A DNA stretch of 64,000 bases, from positions 4,797-68,796 of the forward strand of contig DATBYW010000029.1 of the NCBI GenBank assembly GCA_036513515.1. The letters are read 5' to 3'. The position numbers and the translations under genes were made by a program. The notes beneath the pieces are model-generated. The model made no database searches and was not told where the DNA came from. It worked only from the letters and a program-made list of their open reading frames with translations. This document shows, piece by piece, positions 17,408 to 27,463 of this stretch (within the stretch, counting starts at the first letter, position 1; the number at the start of each line of letters is the position of its first letter). Origin of the DNA: Candidatus Dormiibacterota bacterium (GTDB taxonomy: Bacteria > Chloroflexota > Dormibacteria > Dormibacterales > Dormibacteraceae).

Positions 17408-18188
17408 GGCCGTGATGCTCGATCACCTGCTCGTCGAAGACGCCCTGCCCGCTGTGCTGGTGACGCTCAACCGGCCCCAGCAGCGGAACGCCCTCTCCAC
17501 CCCACTGATGCAGGAGCTGACCGGGGTCCTGGAACGGGAAAGCGCGCGCCCGGACGTGCGCGCGATCGTGCTGAGGGCCAGCGGACCGGCCTTCTCGGCG
17601 GGCCACGACCTCAAGGAGCTGCTCGACCGCACGCTGGAAGAGGAGCGGGCGGTCTTCGAGACCTGCACACGCTTGATGGAGACGATCCAGCGCATTCCTC
17701 AGCCGGTCATCGCCGCCGTACAGGGCATCGCGACAGCCGCCGGCTGCCAGCTGGTCGCCACCTGCGATCTGGCGGTCGCCTCGGAGAACGCGAAGTTCGC
17801 GACGCCGGGCGTGAAGATCGGCCTTTTCTGCTCGACGCCGATGGTCGCCGTCAGCAGGAACATCGGTCGCAAGAGGGCGCTGGAGATGCTTCTCACCGGC
17901 AAGCAGGTCGACGCCCACACGGCGGCCGACTGGGGGCTGGTCAATCGCGTCGTGCCTCGGGAGGACCTGGACGGCGCCGCGCTCGAGCTGGCCCACCAGG
18001 TGGCGTCAGCCAGCCCGCTGACGCTGCGGATCGGGAAGCACGCGTTCTACCGCCAGATCGACGCCGGCCAGGATCAGGCCTACGAGCTGATGTCCCAGAC
18101 CATGGCCGAGAACGCCATGACATGTGACGCCCAGGAAGGCATGTCGGCCTTCCTCGAGAAGCGCACGCCGACCTGGCGCGGAGAGTAG
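17406..18188 (+). CDS. Enoyl-CoA hydratase/isomerase family protein
   Basis: Contains LNRPQQRNALS, SAGHDLKE and GIATAAGCQLVATCDL. The ATG at 17406 gives a typical N-terminus. The track start at 17379 would overlap the divergent gene by 29 nt. Confidence 0.88.
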   Translation: MAVMLDHLLVEDALPAVLVTLNRPQQRNALSTPLMQELTGVLERESARPDVRAIVLRASGPAFSAGHDLKELLDRTLEEERAVFETCTRLMETIQRIPQPVIAAVQGIATAAGCQLVATCDLAVASENAKFATPGVKIGLFCSTPMVAVSRNIGRKRALEMLLTGKQVDAHTAADWGLVNRVVPREDLDGAALELAHQVASASPLTLRIGKHAFYRQIDAGQDQAYELMSQTMAENAMTCDAQEGMSAFLEKRTPTWRGE

Positions 18189-18203
18189 CGCCGGCGCCAG
18201 ACC

Positions 18204-18746
18204 TCAGGTCCGGCAGGACCAGTTGCCGCGCAGCTGGAGGGCCGGCTGGTTGCTGGACAGGTTGGTGAGCGCCGCGTCGACCGAGCCGCTCTCCTCGTCG
18301 TCCCCCACGGTCAGAGTTGCCTGGTTGGCGCCGGAGCTCTGCCAGACGGCGGATCCGTCCAGGCGGTGCACCTGCACAGTGAACTGCGGGCCGCTGTACG
18401 ACCCGGGCCCTCGATACTTGGCCACTGTGAAGAGCACCCCGTAGACGTCGGAGCCGACGAAGCCGAAGAGCCTCGACGCCCAGGCTCCCGCGGTCTTGGA
18501 GTTGTGACCCGTGCACTCACTGCGAGTGGTCGCATCGACGGGCACGACGGCCTTCATGGCACCGCTCAGCTCTCCCGCGAAGTTCAGGTCCTCCTCCCAG
18601 ACCGCCACAGGACTCGGGCTTGGAGAGGGTGTGCTGGTGGGGGCCGGAGGCGGCGTTTCCACCCTTGGAGCCCGTACGCCGGAGCAGCCCACCGTGAGCA
18701 ACGCCAGGACAGCTATGCCCGCAAAGCGCATGCGAGGACGGGGCAT
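18204..18746 (-). CDS. Putative lipoprotein, function unknown
   Basis: 180 aa. Has a signal peptide with lipobox LLTVGC, followed by a Pro/Ser/Thr linker (PPPAPTSTPSPSPSP). Confidence 0.65.
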   Translation of the reverse strand: MPRPRMRFAGIAVLALLTVGCSGVRAPRVETPPPAPTSTPSPSPSPVAVWEEDLNFAGELSGAMKAVVPVDATTRSECTGHNSKTAGAWASRLFGFVGSDVYGVLFTVAKYRGPGSYSGPQFTVQVHRLDGSAVWQSSGANQATLTVGDDEESGSVDAALTNLSSNQPALQLRGNWSCRT

Positions 18747-18754
18747 GTGATCTC

Positions 18755-19360
18755 ATGGTAGCGGTGGACGCCGAGCGCAACCCTGGGGCATTGAGCACGG
18801 CCATGCGCTCGATCGAAGCCGCGTTCTTGATCGGCGTTGAGGGAGCCAGCGAGATCTGGCTGGTCCGCCACGCCGACTGCTACGAGGGTGAGATGTCCGG
18901 AGAGGACCCCTCGCTCTCCGACCGAGGCCGCGAGCAGGCGGCGCGCCTGGCCGACCGCCTGAACCGGATCTCCTACGACGCCGTCTATTCGAGCCCACTG
19001 CGAAGGGCAGCCGAGACCGCCCGCTCCATCACGCCCCAGGTCAGGCTGGACGACCGTCTGGTGGAGGTGGGCACGACCCTTGACGAGGGTCAGATACAGG
19101 TCACCGAGTCCTCTGATTCCGTGCTCGCCCGGATGCGCGCCGCCGTATCGGACGTGGTGGCCGCCCATCCCGGAGGCCGGGCCATCGTAGTCAGTCATGG
19201 CGTGGCGATACTTGGATACGTCTGCGACGTCCTCCGACTGGAGTTCGGGAGCCTCCGCCTCCTGCCCTACTACACGAGCGTCAACGTCGTGCGCGTCCTC
19301 GGAGAGAGGCGGATGGCCGGCGCCCTTGGCGACGTGGCGCACCTCGACGGCTGGCTTTGA
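18755..19360 (+). CDS. Histidine phosphatase (phosphoglycerate-mutase-like) family protein
   Basis: RHG-type motif WLVRHADC, plus LSDRGREQA and VVSHG. Its stop overlaps the next gene's ATG. Confidence 0.8.
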   Translation: MVAVDAERNPGALSTAMRSIEAAFLIGVEGASEIWLVRHADCYEGEMSGEDPSLSDRGREQAARLADRLNRISYDAVYSSPLRRAAETARSITPQVRLDDRLVEVGTTLDEGQIQVTESSDSVLARMRAAVSDVVAAHPGGRAIVVSHGVAILGYVCDVLRLEFGSLRLLPYYTSVNVVRVLGERRMAGALGDVAHLDGWL

Positions 19361-20310
19361 TGGAGCGTCTGCGGGCCGACCTGGAGGCGGTTTTAGGGGA
19401 GCCAGTGCGGGCGGTCACGCCCATCCCCGAGGGCCACAGCGGCTTCTCCTACTGGGTCGAGTTCGCCGGCCGCAGGGGGGTGATGCGGCTGCCGCCTCCC
19501 GGCGCCCGGATCGCAGGATCGGCCGACATCCCGAGGCAGGGTCGGCTGATGGACGCCTTGAACCGGGCCGGCCTGCCGGTCCCGGCCTTGCTCGCCGCCT
19601 CAGATCAACCCGTGGTCGACGGCCGGCCGTTCTACCTGGTGGAGGCGATCGACGGAGTCCGGATCGAAGTGGTCAGCGGGTCTGTCCCCGACCGGGAGAT
19701 CGCGGCCTCGGCGGTGGAGGTGCTGAGGCGGCTGCAGAGCGTCCCGCTCGAGAGCACCGGCATCGGCGACGAGAGTCCCGTGCCGCTCAGCCAGGAGGTG
19801 GCCCGCTGGGGCTGGCTCATGGAGCGGGCGCCCCCCGAGCTGACCGGCGACGCGCCGGAGCTGGCCCGGCGGCTGCTCGCGACCGTCCCCCCGGAGGGCC
19901 GGCCGGTCCTGGTCCACGCCGACTACCACTACGGGAACATGCTCTTCAGAGGCGGCCAGGTGGTGGCGCTGCTGGATTGGGAGATCGCGCAGTTGGGCCA
20001 GCCGCTGCTCGATCTCGCCTGCCTTGCGGTGGTCGCCCAGTCCGCCAGCATGGGTGAGCACCAGGTCCCCGGAGGCGGGGCCGTCACCTTGCCCGAAGAG
20101 GAGCTGCTGGCCATGTACGGCGGCAGCCCCGACGAGTTCCAGTGGTACCTGGCTCTGACCTATTACAAGTACGCCAGCATCTTCGGCTACAACCTGATGC
20201 TGCACAGGCGAGGGAAGCGTCCCGACCCCATATACGAGGAGCGAACGACCACGATCGTGAATTTCATCGCCGAGGGCCGCCGCCTGCTCGGCGCAGTCAG
20301 GGAGGCATGA
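19357..20310 (+). CDS. Phosphotransferase (APH/choline-kinase-like) family protein
   Basis: Catalytic-loop region VLVHADYHYGNMLF...LLDWEIAQLG. Confidence 0.85.
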   Translation: MMERLRADLEAVLGEPVRAVTPIPEGHSGFSYWVEFAGRRGVMRLPPPGARIAGSADIPRQGRLMDALNRAGLPVPALLAASDQPVVDGRPFYLVEAIDGVRIEVVSGSVPDREIAASAVEVLRRLQSVPLESTGIGDESPVPLSQEVARWGWLMERAPPELTGDAPELARRLLATVPPEGRPVLVHADYHYGNMLFRGGQVVALLDWEIAQLGQPLLDLACLAVVAQSASMGEHQVPGGGAVTLPEEELLAMYGGSPDEFQWYLALTYYKYASIFGYNLMLHRRGKRPDPIYEERTTTIVNFIAEGRRLLGAVREA

Positions 20311-20314
20311 CACG

Positions 20315-21604
<1,290 letters not shown>

Positions 21605-21652
21605 TCCCCTCCCCATGCGAGGAGGGAAAGTGCTGCCAGATTTAGACTCTGT

Positions 21653-22417
21653 TTGATGGCAGTCAGCCAGCAGGCGCCTGGCTCCGCAGGTCCGGATGCG
21701 GTCAAGGTCCGCAATCCGTACAGCTCTCGACCCAACTGGCTCTACCCCAGCGCGATATTCGTTGTCTTCACCGCCTTCGTCGTCTACGGCGTGGTGGTCG
21801 GGCTGTTCGAAACCAGCGGCCGCTACGGGCCATATCTCAGCCCCTTCTTTTCGCCAGAGATTTACGTGCGCGTGGGCGGCTTTCTGATCCCCCCCGGCAT
21901 CTGGATCGCGCCCTTCCCCCTCGCCTTCCGGCTCACCTGCTACTACTACCGTAAGGCTTACTTCCGCAGCTTTCTCTGGCACCCGCGCTCCTGCGCCGTC
22001 CAGGAGCCGCATCGCGGTACCTACCGCGGCGAAACACGGTTCTGGATCTTCAACAACCTCCACCGCTTCGCGCTCTACGCCATCGTCGTCCAGATGCTGA
22101 TCCTTCTCTACGACGCAATCGCGGCCTTTTACTTCCAGGGCAATCTCCACTTCGGGCTGGGAAACGTGGTGCTGGTCGTCAACGTCGTCCTGCTCTCCGG
22201 CTACACGTTCGGCTGCCACGCTCTGCGCCATCTTGTGGGCGGAAGCACAGACTGCATGAGCTGTCATAGAGCCCGCTACCGCCTGTGGAAAGGCGTCACG
22301 GTACTGAATGTCAGGCACGAGCTGTGGGCGTGGCTCAGCATGTTCAGCGTCTGGGGCACCGATGTCTACATCCGGCTTCTCATTCACGGCGTCCTTCCCC
22401 ACGCCGCCTGGAACTGA
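21653..22417 (+). CDS. Succinate dehydrogenase/fumarate reductase membrane-anchor subunit (single large anchor, mycobacterial Sdh1-type)
   Basis: 254 aa polytopic protein immediately upstream of, and overlapping by 1 nt, the flavoprotein gene. Several conserved His residues lie in the helices. The assignment rests mainly on context. Confidence 0.65.
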   Translation: MMAVSQQAPGSAGPDAVKVRNPYSSRPNWLYPSAIFVVFTAFVVYGVVVGLFETSGRYGPYLSPFFSPEIYVRVGGFLIPPGIWIAPFPLAFRLTCYYYRKAYFRSFLWHPRSCAVQEPHRGTYRGETRFWIFNNLHRFALYAIVVQMLILLYDAIAAFYFQGNLHFGLGNVVLVVNVVLLSGYTFGCHALRHLVGGSTDCMSCHRARYRLWKGVTVLNVRHELWAWLSMFSVWGTDVYIRLLIHGVLPHAAWN

Positions 22418-24177
22418 TGGCGGAGGCACCGACGGAGACCGTCGACACCGACGTCCTGGTCATCGGAGCCGGCGGAGCCGGCATGCGCGGCGCGGTCGCC
22501 GCCGCTCTCTCGGGCGCCCGGGTGACCGTGATCTGCAAGTCGCTGCTGGGCAAGGCCCATACGGTCATGGCCGAGGGCGGGATGGCGGCGGCCTTGGGCA
22601 ACGTCGCTCACCTGGACAGCTGGGAGGCGCACTTCGCGGACACGATGAAGGGCGGCAAGCTGATCAACAACTGGCGCATGGCGGAGATCCACGCCAAGGA
22701 GGCGCCGGAGAGGGTGCTCGAACTGGAGCGCTGGGGAGCCGTCTTCGACCGCACCCGGGACGGACTGATCCATCAGCGGCCGTTCGGTGCGCACACCTAT
22801 CCCCGGCTCGCCCACATCGGCGACCGAACCGGCCTGGAGCTGATTCGCAGCCTGCAGGACGTCCTGGTGCACACGCCCGCCGTCGACGTCCACATGGAGG
22901 TCACGGTCGCCAGCCTCTTGACCAGCGATGGCCGGGTGGCCGGCGCCCTCGCCTACGCGCGGGCGGACGGCCGCCTCATCCTCTACCGGGCTCGGGCGGT
23001 CCTCCTGGCCACGGGCGGTGCGGGCAAGATCTATCGCATCACCTCCAATTCGTGGGAGAGCACGGGCGACGGGACGGGGCTGGCTTACGAGGCCGGCGCC
23101 CAGCTCCAGGACATGGAGTTCGTGCAGTTCCACCCGACCGGCATGGTCTGGCCGCCCGGGGTCCGCGGGATCCTGGTCACCGAGGGAGTGCGCGGCGAGG
23201 GCGGCCTCCTCCGTAACAAAGAGGGCGACCGCTTCATGGAGAAGTACGACCCGGAGCGGATGGAGCTCTCCGCGCGTGACGTGGTCGCCCGCGCCATCAA
23301 CTCGGAGGTCCTGGCCGGCAGGGGCTCACCGCACGGCGGCGCCTTCCTCGACATCACTCACCGTTCGCCCGACTTCATCAAGAGCAAGCTGCCCTCGATG
23401 TACGAGCAGTTCCTGAAGCTGGCAAAGGTGGACATCACAAAAGAGCCGATGGAGGTGGCCCCCACCATCCACTACTACATGGGCGGCGTTCGGGTGGACG
23501 CCGAGACCGGAGCCACCAACGTGAGCGGTCTCTTCGCGGCCGGCGAGGTGGCCAGCGGCCTGCACGGCGCCAACCGGCTGGGTGGGAACTCCCTCTCCGA
23601 TCTGCTGGTCTTCGGCAAGCGCGCGGGCGAGGCGGCGGGCGCCTTCGCCGGGGCTCACGGCGGGAGCGCCCCCATCGACAGCCGGCAGCTGGAGCAGGCC
23701 ACCGAACGGCTGCTGGCGCCCCTGGGCCGCCCTCACGGTGACAGCCCTTACCGGCTGATGAGCGAGCTCCAGGAGGTGTGCACCAAGTACGCACCGATCA
23801 TTCGGGAGGAGAAGGGGCTGCGCGAGGGCCTGGAGAAGGTGCTTGAGCTGGGAGGCCGAGCACAGCTGTGCGGCACCGGGGGCCCTAACGGCCGCGCCTT
23901 CAACCCGGGCTGGCATACCGCCCAGGACCTGCACGGGATGCTCATCAACGCAGAGGCCCTCTTCCGCTCGGCGATCGAGCGCAAGGAGAGTCGGGGCGCT
24001 CACGCCCGCAGCGACTATCCACGCCTGGACTCGAGGTGGGCTGAGCTCAATCTGATCACCGAGAAGACGCCGGACGGGATGGCCGTGAGGGCGGCCGAAA
24101 ACAAGCCGCTTCCTTACGAGCTGACCGAGGTCATCAGCCAATCGTTCAAGCGCTACACACCGGAGGAGATCAGCTAG
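22417..24177 (+). CDS. sdhA: Succinate dehydrogenase/fumarate reductase flavoprotein subunit
   Basis: Contains DVLVIGAGGAGMRGA, the FAD-attachment-type region KAHTVMAEGG, FVQFHPTG and ESRGAHAR. The track start at 22285 is over-extended. Confidence 0.92.
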   Translation: MAEAPTETVDTDVLVIGAGGAGMRGAVAAALSGARVTVICKSLLGKAHTVMAEGGMAAALGNVAHLDSWEAHFADTMKGGKLINNWRMAEIHAKEAPERVLELERWGAVFDRTRDGLIHQRPFGAHTYPRLAHIGDRTGLELIRSLQDVLVHTPAVDVHMEVTVASLLTSDGRVAGALAYARADGRLILYRARAVLLATGGAGKIYRITSNSWESTGDGTGLAYEAGAQLQDMEFVQFHPTGMVWPPGVRGILVTEGVRGEGGLLRNKEGDRFMEKYDPERMELSARDVVARAINSEVLAGRGSPHGGAFLDITHRSPDFIKSKLPSMYEQFLKLAKVDITKEPMEVAPTIHYYMGGVRVDAETGATNVSGLFAAGEVASGLHGANRLGGNSLSDLLVFGKRAGEAAGAFAGAHGGSAPIDSRQLEQATERLLAPLGRPHGDSPYRLMSELQEVCTKYAPIIREEKGLREGLEKVLELGGRAQLCGTGGPNGRAFNPGWHTAQDLHGMLINAEALFRSAIERKESRGAHARSDYPRLDSRWAELNLITEKTPDGMAVRAAENKPLPYELTEVISQSFKRYTPEEIS

Positions 24178-24974
24178 TGGCCAGGGCCAGCACAAGCGAC
24201 CACGTCCAGCAGCTTCGGATGAGCGTCTTCCGGGGCGATGCGAGCGAGGGTGAGATGATCACCTACGACGTCCCCGTGCGGGAGGGCATGGTCGTGCTCG
24301 ACGCCGTGCTATGGGTACAGGCCAACCTCGCGCCGGACCTGGCGGTTCGCTGGAACTGTAAGGCGGCCAAGTGTGGTTCCTGCTCGGCCGAGATAAACGG
24401 TTTCCCGCGCCTGATGTGCAAGAGTCCGGTCTCGGACTACGGCGCGGAGCTGAGCGTGCGGCCGATGCGGACCTTCCCGATCATTCGCGATCTGGTTACC
24501 GACGTCAGCTGGAACTACGAGGTGAACAGGCGGATCCCGAAGTTCACGCCCAGCGAGAAGGACGCCTTCGACCCCCAGCCCTGGCGCATGCAGCAAGAGG
24601 ACGTCGATCGGATCACCGAGTTTCGCAAGTGCATCGAATGCTTCCTCTGCCAGGACGTCTGTCACGTCCTGCGCGACCACGACCGTAAGGACGCATTCTT
24701 CGGGCCGCGCTTCATGATCCGGATCGCCGGGCTGGAGATGCATCCAAAGGACTCGCTCGACAGACGCCCGCTGCTCAAGAGCGAGGCTGGAGTTGGGATG
24801 TGCAACATCACCAAGTGCTGCACGGAGGTCTGTCCTGAGCACATCCACATCACCGACAACGGCATCATCCCGCTCAAGGAGCGGGTCGCCGACCTCTACT
24901 TCGACCCCCTCCGCGCCCTCGGCCGGCGCCTGCGCGGTGAGGGCCGGGACGCTGATCGGGGTCGATCGCGCTGA
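24177..24974 (+). CDS. sdhB: Succinate dehydrogenase/fumarate reductase iron-sulfur subunit
   Basis: Cys clusters CKAAKCGSCSAEING...C, CIECFLCQDVC and CTEVCP. Confidence 0.9.
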   Translation: MARASTSDHVQQLRMSVFRGDASEGEMITYDVPVREGMVVLDAVLWVQANLAPDLAVRWNCKAAKCGSCSAEINGFPRLMCKSPVSDYGAELSVRPMRTFPIIRDLVTDVSWNYEVNRRIPKFTPSEKDAFDPQPWRMQQEDVDRITEFRKCIECFLCQDVCHVLRDHDRKDAFFGPRFMIRIAGLEMHPKDSLDRRPLLKSEAGVGMCNITKCCTEVCPEHIHITDNGIIPLKERVADLYFDPLRALGRRLRGEGRDADRGRSR

Positions 24975-25008
24975 ACGCGCCCGGTCCCACCCGGGTGGAG
25001 GCGATTCG

Positions 25009-25551
25009 GTGAACACCCACGTCGTGCTGCTGCGCGGTGTCAACGTCGGCGGCCACAACAAGATCCCCATGGCGGATCTGAGGAAGCTGCTCTCCGAAAG
25101 GGGCCATCAGGAGGTTCGCAGCTACGTACAGAGCGGGAACGTCGTACTGAGTAGCCCGGCGCCGGGGCCGGAGGTGGCGGCGGGAGTGCGCGAGCTGCTG
25201 GCGAAGGAGTTCGGTCTGGACATCGTCGTGATCGTCCGCTCCGGCCCGGAGCTCGCGGAGGTGGCAGCCCACAACCCGTTCCTGCGACCGGACGCCGATC
25301 CCGCAAAACAGCTGCACGTCGCCTTTCTGGAGAGGACTCCCGACCCGGGCGGCGCCGCCGGGCTCGACCCGCACCGGGCGCCTCCCGACGAGCTGCACCT
25401 CCGGGGGCGCGAGATCTACCTGTGGTGCCCCGACGGCATCGGCCGCAGCAAAGTCCTCAACGGTCTCGAGCGCGCTCTCGGCACACCAGCCACCGTCCGC
25501 AACTGGAGAACCGTAGGAGAACTCCTACGCCTATCCGGCGGAGCGAGCTGA
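25009..25551 (+). CDS. DUF1697 domain protein
   Basis: GTG at 25009 gives VNTHVVLLRGVNVGGHNKIPMADLR, typical of DUF1697. The track ORF start at 24793 lies inside sdhB. Confidence 0.8.
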   Translation: MNTHVVLLRGVNVGGHNKIPMADLRKLLSERGHQEVRSYVQSGNVVLSSPAPGPEVAAGVRELLAKEFGLDIVVIVRSGPELAEVAAHNPFLRPDADPAKQLHVAFLERTPDPGGAAGLDPHRAPPDELHLRGREIYLWCPDGIGRSKVLNGLERALGTPATVRNWRTVGELLRLSGGAS

Positions 25552-25606
25552 GAGACCCCCTCCCCCACCCTCGGCTCCCCCCAAGTGGGAGGGAACGGAA
25601 CCTCGT

Positions 25607-25873
25607 CTATAGCGCGCTTTCTTGCCAGGTGGAGACGTCGGTCCAGCGGACGCCGGACTTGCGGTCGAGCTCGGGCCCTGTCTCTTTCGCAAACTCGTCG
25701 AAGCTCGCTTTGTCGGGCCAGGTCTGCATCATCACCCACTCATCGGGATGCTTGCGATTTCGGTATGCCTCGAGCCGTGTGCAGCCCAGCGCGTGGATCC
25801 TGTCCAGGTTGTCGTGAAGGGTGCTGCGGAACCGCTCCCAGTCGTCCGAGCGGGTGCGAAAGATGACCAGCAT
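25607..25873 (-). CDS. Antibiotic-biosynthesis-monooxygenase (ABM)-like small protein
   Basis: 88 aa. The size and pattern (MLVIFRT...LEAYRN...WVMMQTWPDKASFDEF) fit the ferredoxin-like ABM fold. Confidence 0.55.
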   Translation of the reverse strand: MLVIFRTRSDDWERFRSTLHDNLDRIHALGCTRLEAYRNRKHPDEWVMMQTWPDKASFDEFAKETGPELDRKSGVRWTDVSTWQESAL

Positions 25874-25899
25874 TTACAACCTCCCCCAGAGAGATCGGA

Positions 25900-26265
25900 T
25901 CAGGGCACGGTGAGCAGCAGATAGGCCGCGACCAGGGTGGCGAGGCCGGCCAACCCGTACGTCACGACTCCCAGGCCCTGCTTGCCCCCAGGCACTCCGA
26001 CCTCCAGCAACGTGTAACGAACCCTGTGCGCGAAGACCCAGAAGGTCGCCCCGAAGACTATGAAGAGGTAGAGCTTCACCAGCCAGTTTCCGAGCCCTGC
26101 GGCGAAGGTGGAGTAGTGCTGATCGAAGGCGGGAACGATCCCCAGCGGGCCGAGGACGCCCTGGACCAGGATGTGCGCCGGTATCACGAGCGCGGTGAGG
26201 ACCGCAGACTGGGCGAAGAGCGCCCAGAACAGGCCCTCCAGCCGGTTCGGGCCGGGATGTCTCAC
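25900..26265 (-). CDS. frdD: Fumarate reductase membrane subunit D
   Basis: GTG at 26265 overlaps the frdC stop (GTGA). LEGLFWALFAQSAVLTALVIPAHILVQGVLGPLG aligns with the E. coli FrdD N-terminus. The track ORF (to 26529) is over-extended. Confidence 0.8.
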   Translation of the reverse strand: MRHPGPNRLEGLFWALFAQSAVLTALVIPAHILVQGVLGPLGIVPAFDQHYSTFAAGLGNWLVKLYLFIVFGATFWVFAHRVRYTLLEVGVPGGKQGLGVVTYGLAGLATLVAAYLLLTVP

Positions 26266-26726
26266 CGGCCACCCAGGATGAGCAGCCCGCCCACCACGAC
26301 CGTGGCGACGATCAGCAGGCCGAAGCTCCCCGCCACGATGGCCGAGGCAGGGACAGTGCGCTCGCCGAGCGGGATGCGCACGATAAGGCCGCTCAGGCGC
26401 AGGAACGTGAAGCTGTGCCAGACGGCGAACACCAGGCAGACCACGCTGAAGATCACGAAGGCCAGGCTCTGGTGCGGGCGGTAGCCGGCGGGCCCGCCGC
26501 GAGCGCGCCCGATCTCGATCAGGAACCACACCATCCAGATGGCGATGGGGACTGCAGTGAACTCACGGAGCATGTAGAGCACGTAGCGAGGGTTGCGCCG
26601 CCACCAGTCGGTGGGGAGCCGGTTGGGATGGGCGGGCGCCGCCTCGCGGCCTCCGGTTGAGGCGACGGAGGCGGCGTCCTCTCCGAGGCCCGTCTCCCGC
26701 CTCCCGACCGTCTCCCTCGCGCTCAC
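26262..26726 (-). CDS. frdC: Fumarate reductase membrane subunit C
   Basis: WWRRNPRYVLYMLREFTAVPIAIW matches the E. coli FrdC [23 protein letters not shown]. The GTG start overlaps the frdB stop. Confidence 0.82.
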   Translation of the reverse strand: MSARETVGRRETGLGEDAASVASTGGREAAPAHPNRLPTDWWRRNPRYVLYMLREFTAVPIAIWMVWFLIEIGRARGGPAGYRPHQSLAFVIFSVVCLVFAVWHSFTFLRLSGLIVRIPLGERTVPASAIVAGSFGLLIVATVVVGGLLILGGR

Positions 26727-27454
26727 TTACCGCCCCAGGGCAGCAGCACGCCAAGCGTGCTGTCGAACTTGGTCTGCTGGATCGCCCTGGCCGGGTCGAC
26801 CCCCTTGGGACAGACCGCCGAGCACTCGCCGACGAAGCTGCAGTCCCAGATGCCGTCGGAGGCTGTGATCGTGCGCAACCGTTCGTCGCCCGCCTGGTCC
26901 CGGGAATCCAGCTCGTAGCGGCGCGCCAGGGCGATGGCGGCCGGCCCGATGAACTCCGGCTCGATCGCGATCACCGGGCACGCGGAGTAGCACAGCATGC
27001 AGTTGATGCACATGCTGAACTGCCGGTACTGCTCGGTCTGGGCAGGCGTCTGCAGGAACTCCCCGGTTCCGATCGCCCCCTGCTCCCTGATGATCCAGGG
27101 CTTCACGGCGCTCAGCTTCTCCATGAAGCTGCTCATGTCGATGACCAGATCGCGCACAACGGGGAAGTTGGGCAGCGGCTCGACAACCACCGGCCCTGGC
27201 AGGTAGTCGCGGAGGAATGCGGAGCAACCGAGCTTGGGGGTTCCGTTCACGTTCATCCCGCAGCTTCCGCAGATGCCCATCCGGCACGACCAGCGGTAGC
27301 TCACGCTGCCGTCGAGGTGGGTCTTGATCCAGTTCAGCCCGTCCAGGACGACCATGTCGTCCTTGAACGGGATCTCGTAGGACTGCTGCCTGGGCTCCGG
27401 GTCAAGATCCGGATCGAAGCGGGTCACGGAGAGGGTGATGGTCTTGTCTGGCAA
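26723..27454 (-). CDS. frdB: Fumarate reductase iron-sulfur subunit
   Basis: Cys clusters CRMGICGSCGMNVNG...C, CINCMLCYSAC and CSFVGECSAVCP. Confidence 0.92.
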   Translation of the reverse strand: MPDKTITLSVTRFDPDLDPEPRQQSYEIPFKDDMVVLDGLNWIKTHLDGSVSYRWSCRMGICGSCGMNVNGTPKLGCSAFLRDYLPGPVVVEPLPNFPVVRDLVIDMSSFMEKLSAVKPWIIREQGAIGTGEFLQTPAQTEQYRQFSMCINCMLCYSACPVIAIEPEFIGPAAIALARRYELDSRDQAGDERLRTITASDGIWDCSFVGECSAVCPKGVDPARAIQQTKFDSTLGVLLPWGGK

Positions 27455-27463
27455 CGGGTTCTC

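Noticed and set aside
25556-25593. Possible terminator hairpin between the DUF1697 and ABM-like genes
   Set aside because: The stem is only imperfect (5+4 bp with a 2-nt bulge), the loop is 16 nt, and there is no U-tract. This is too weak to report as a feature.
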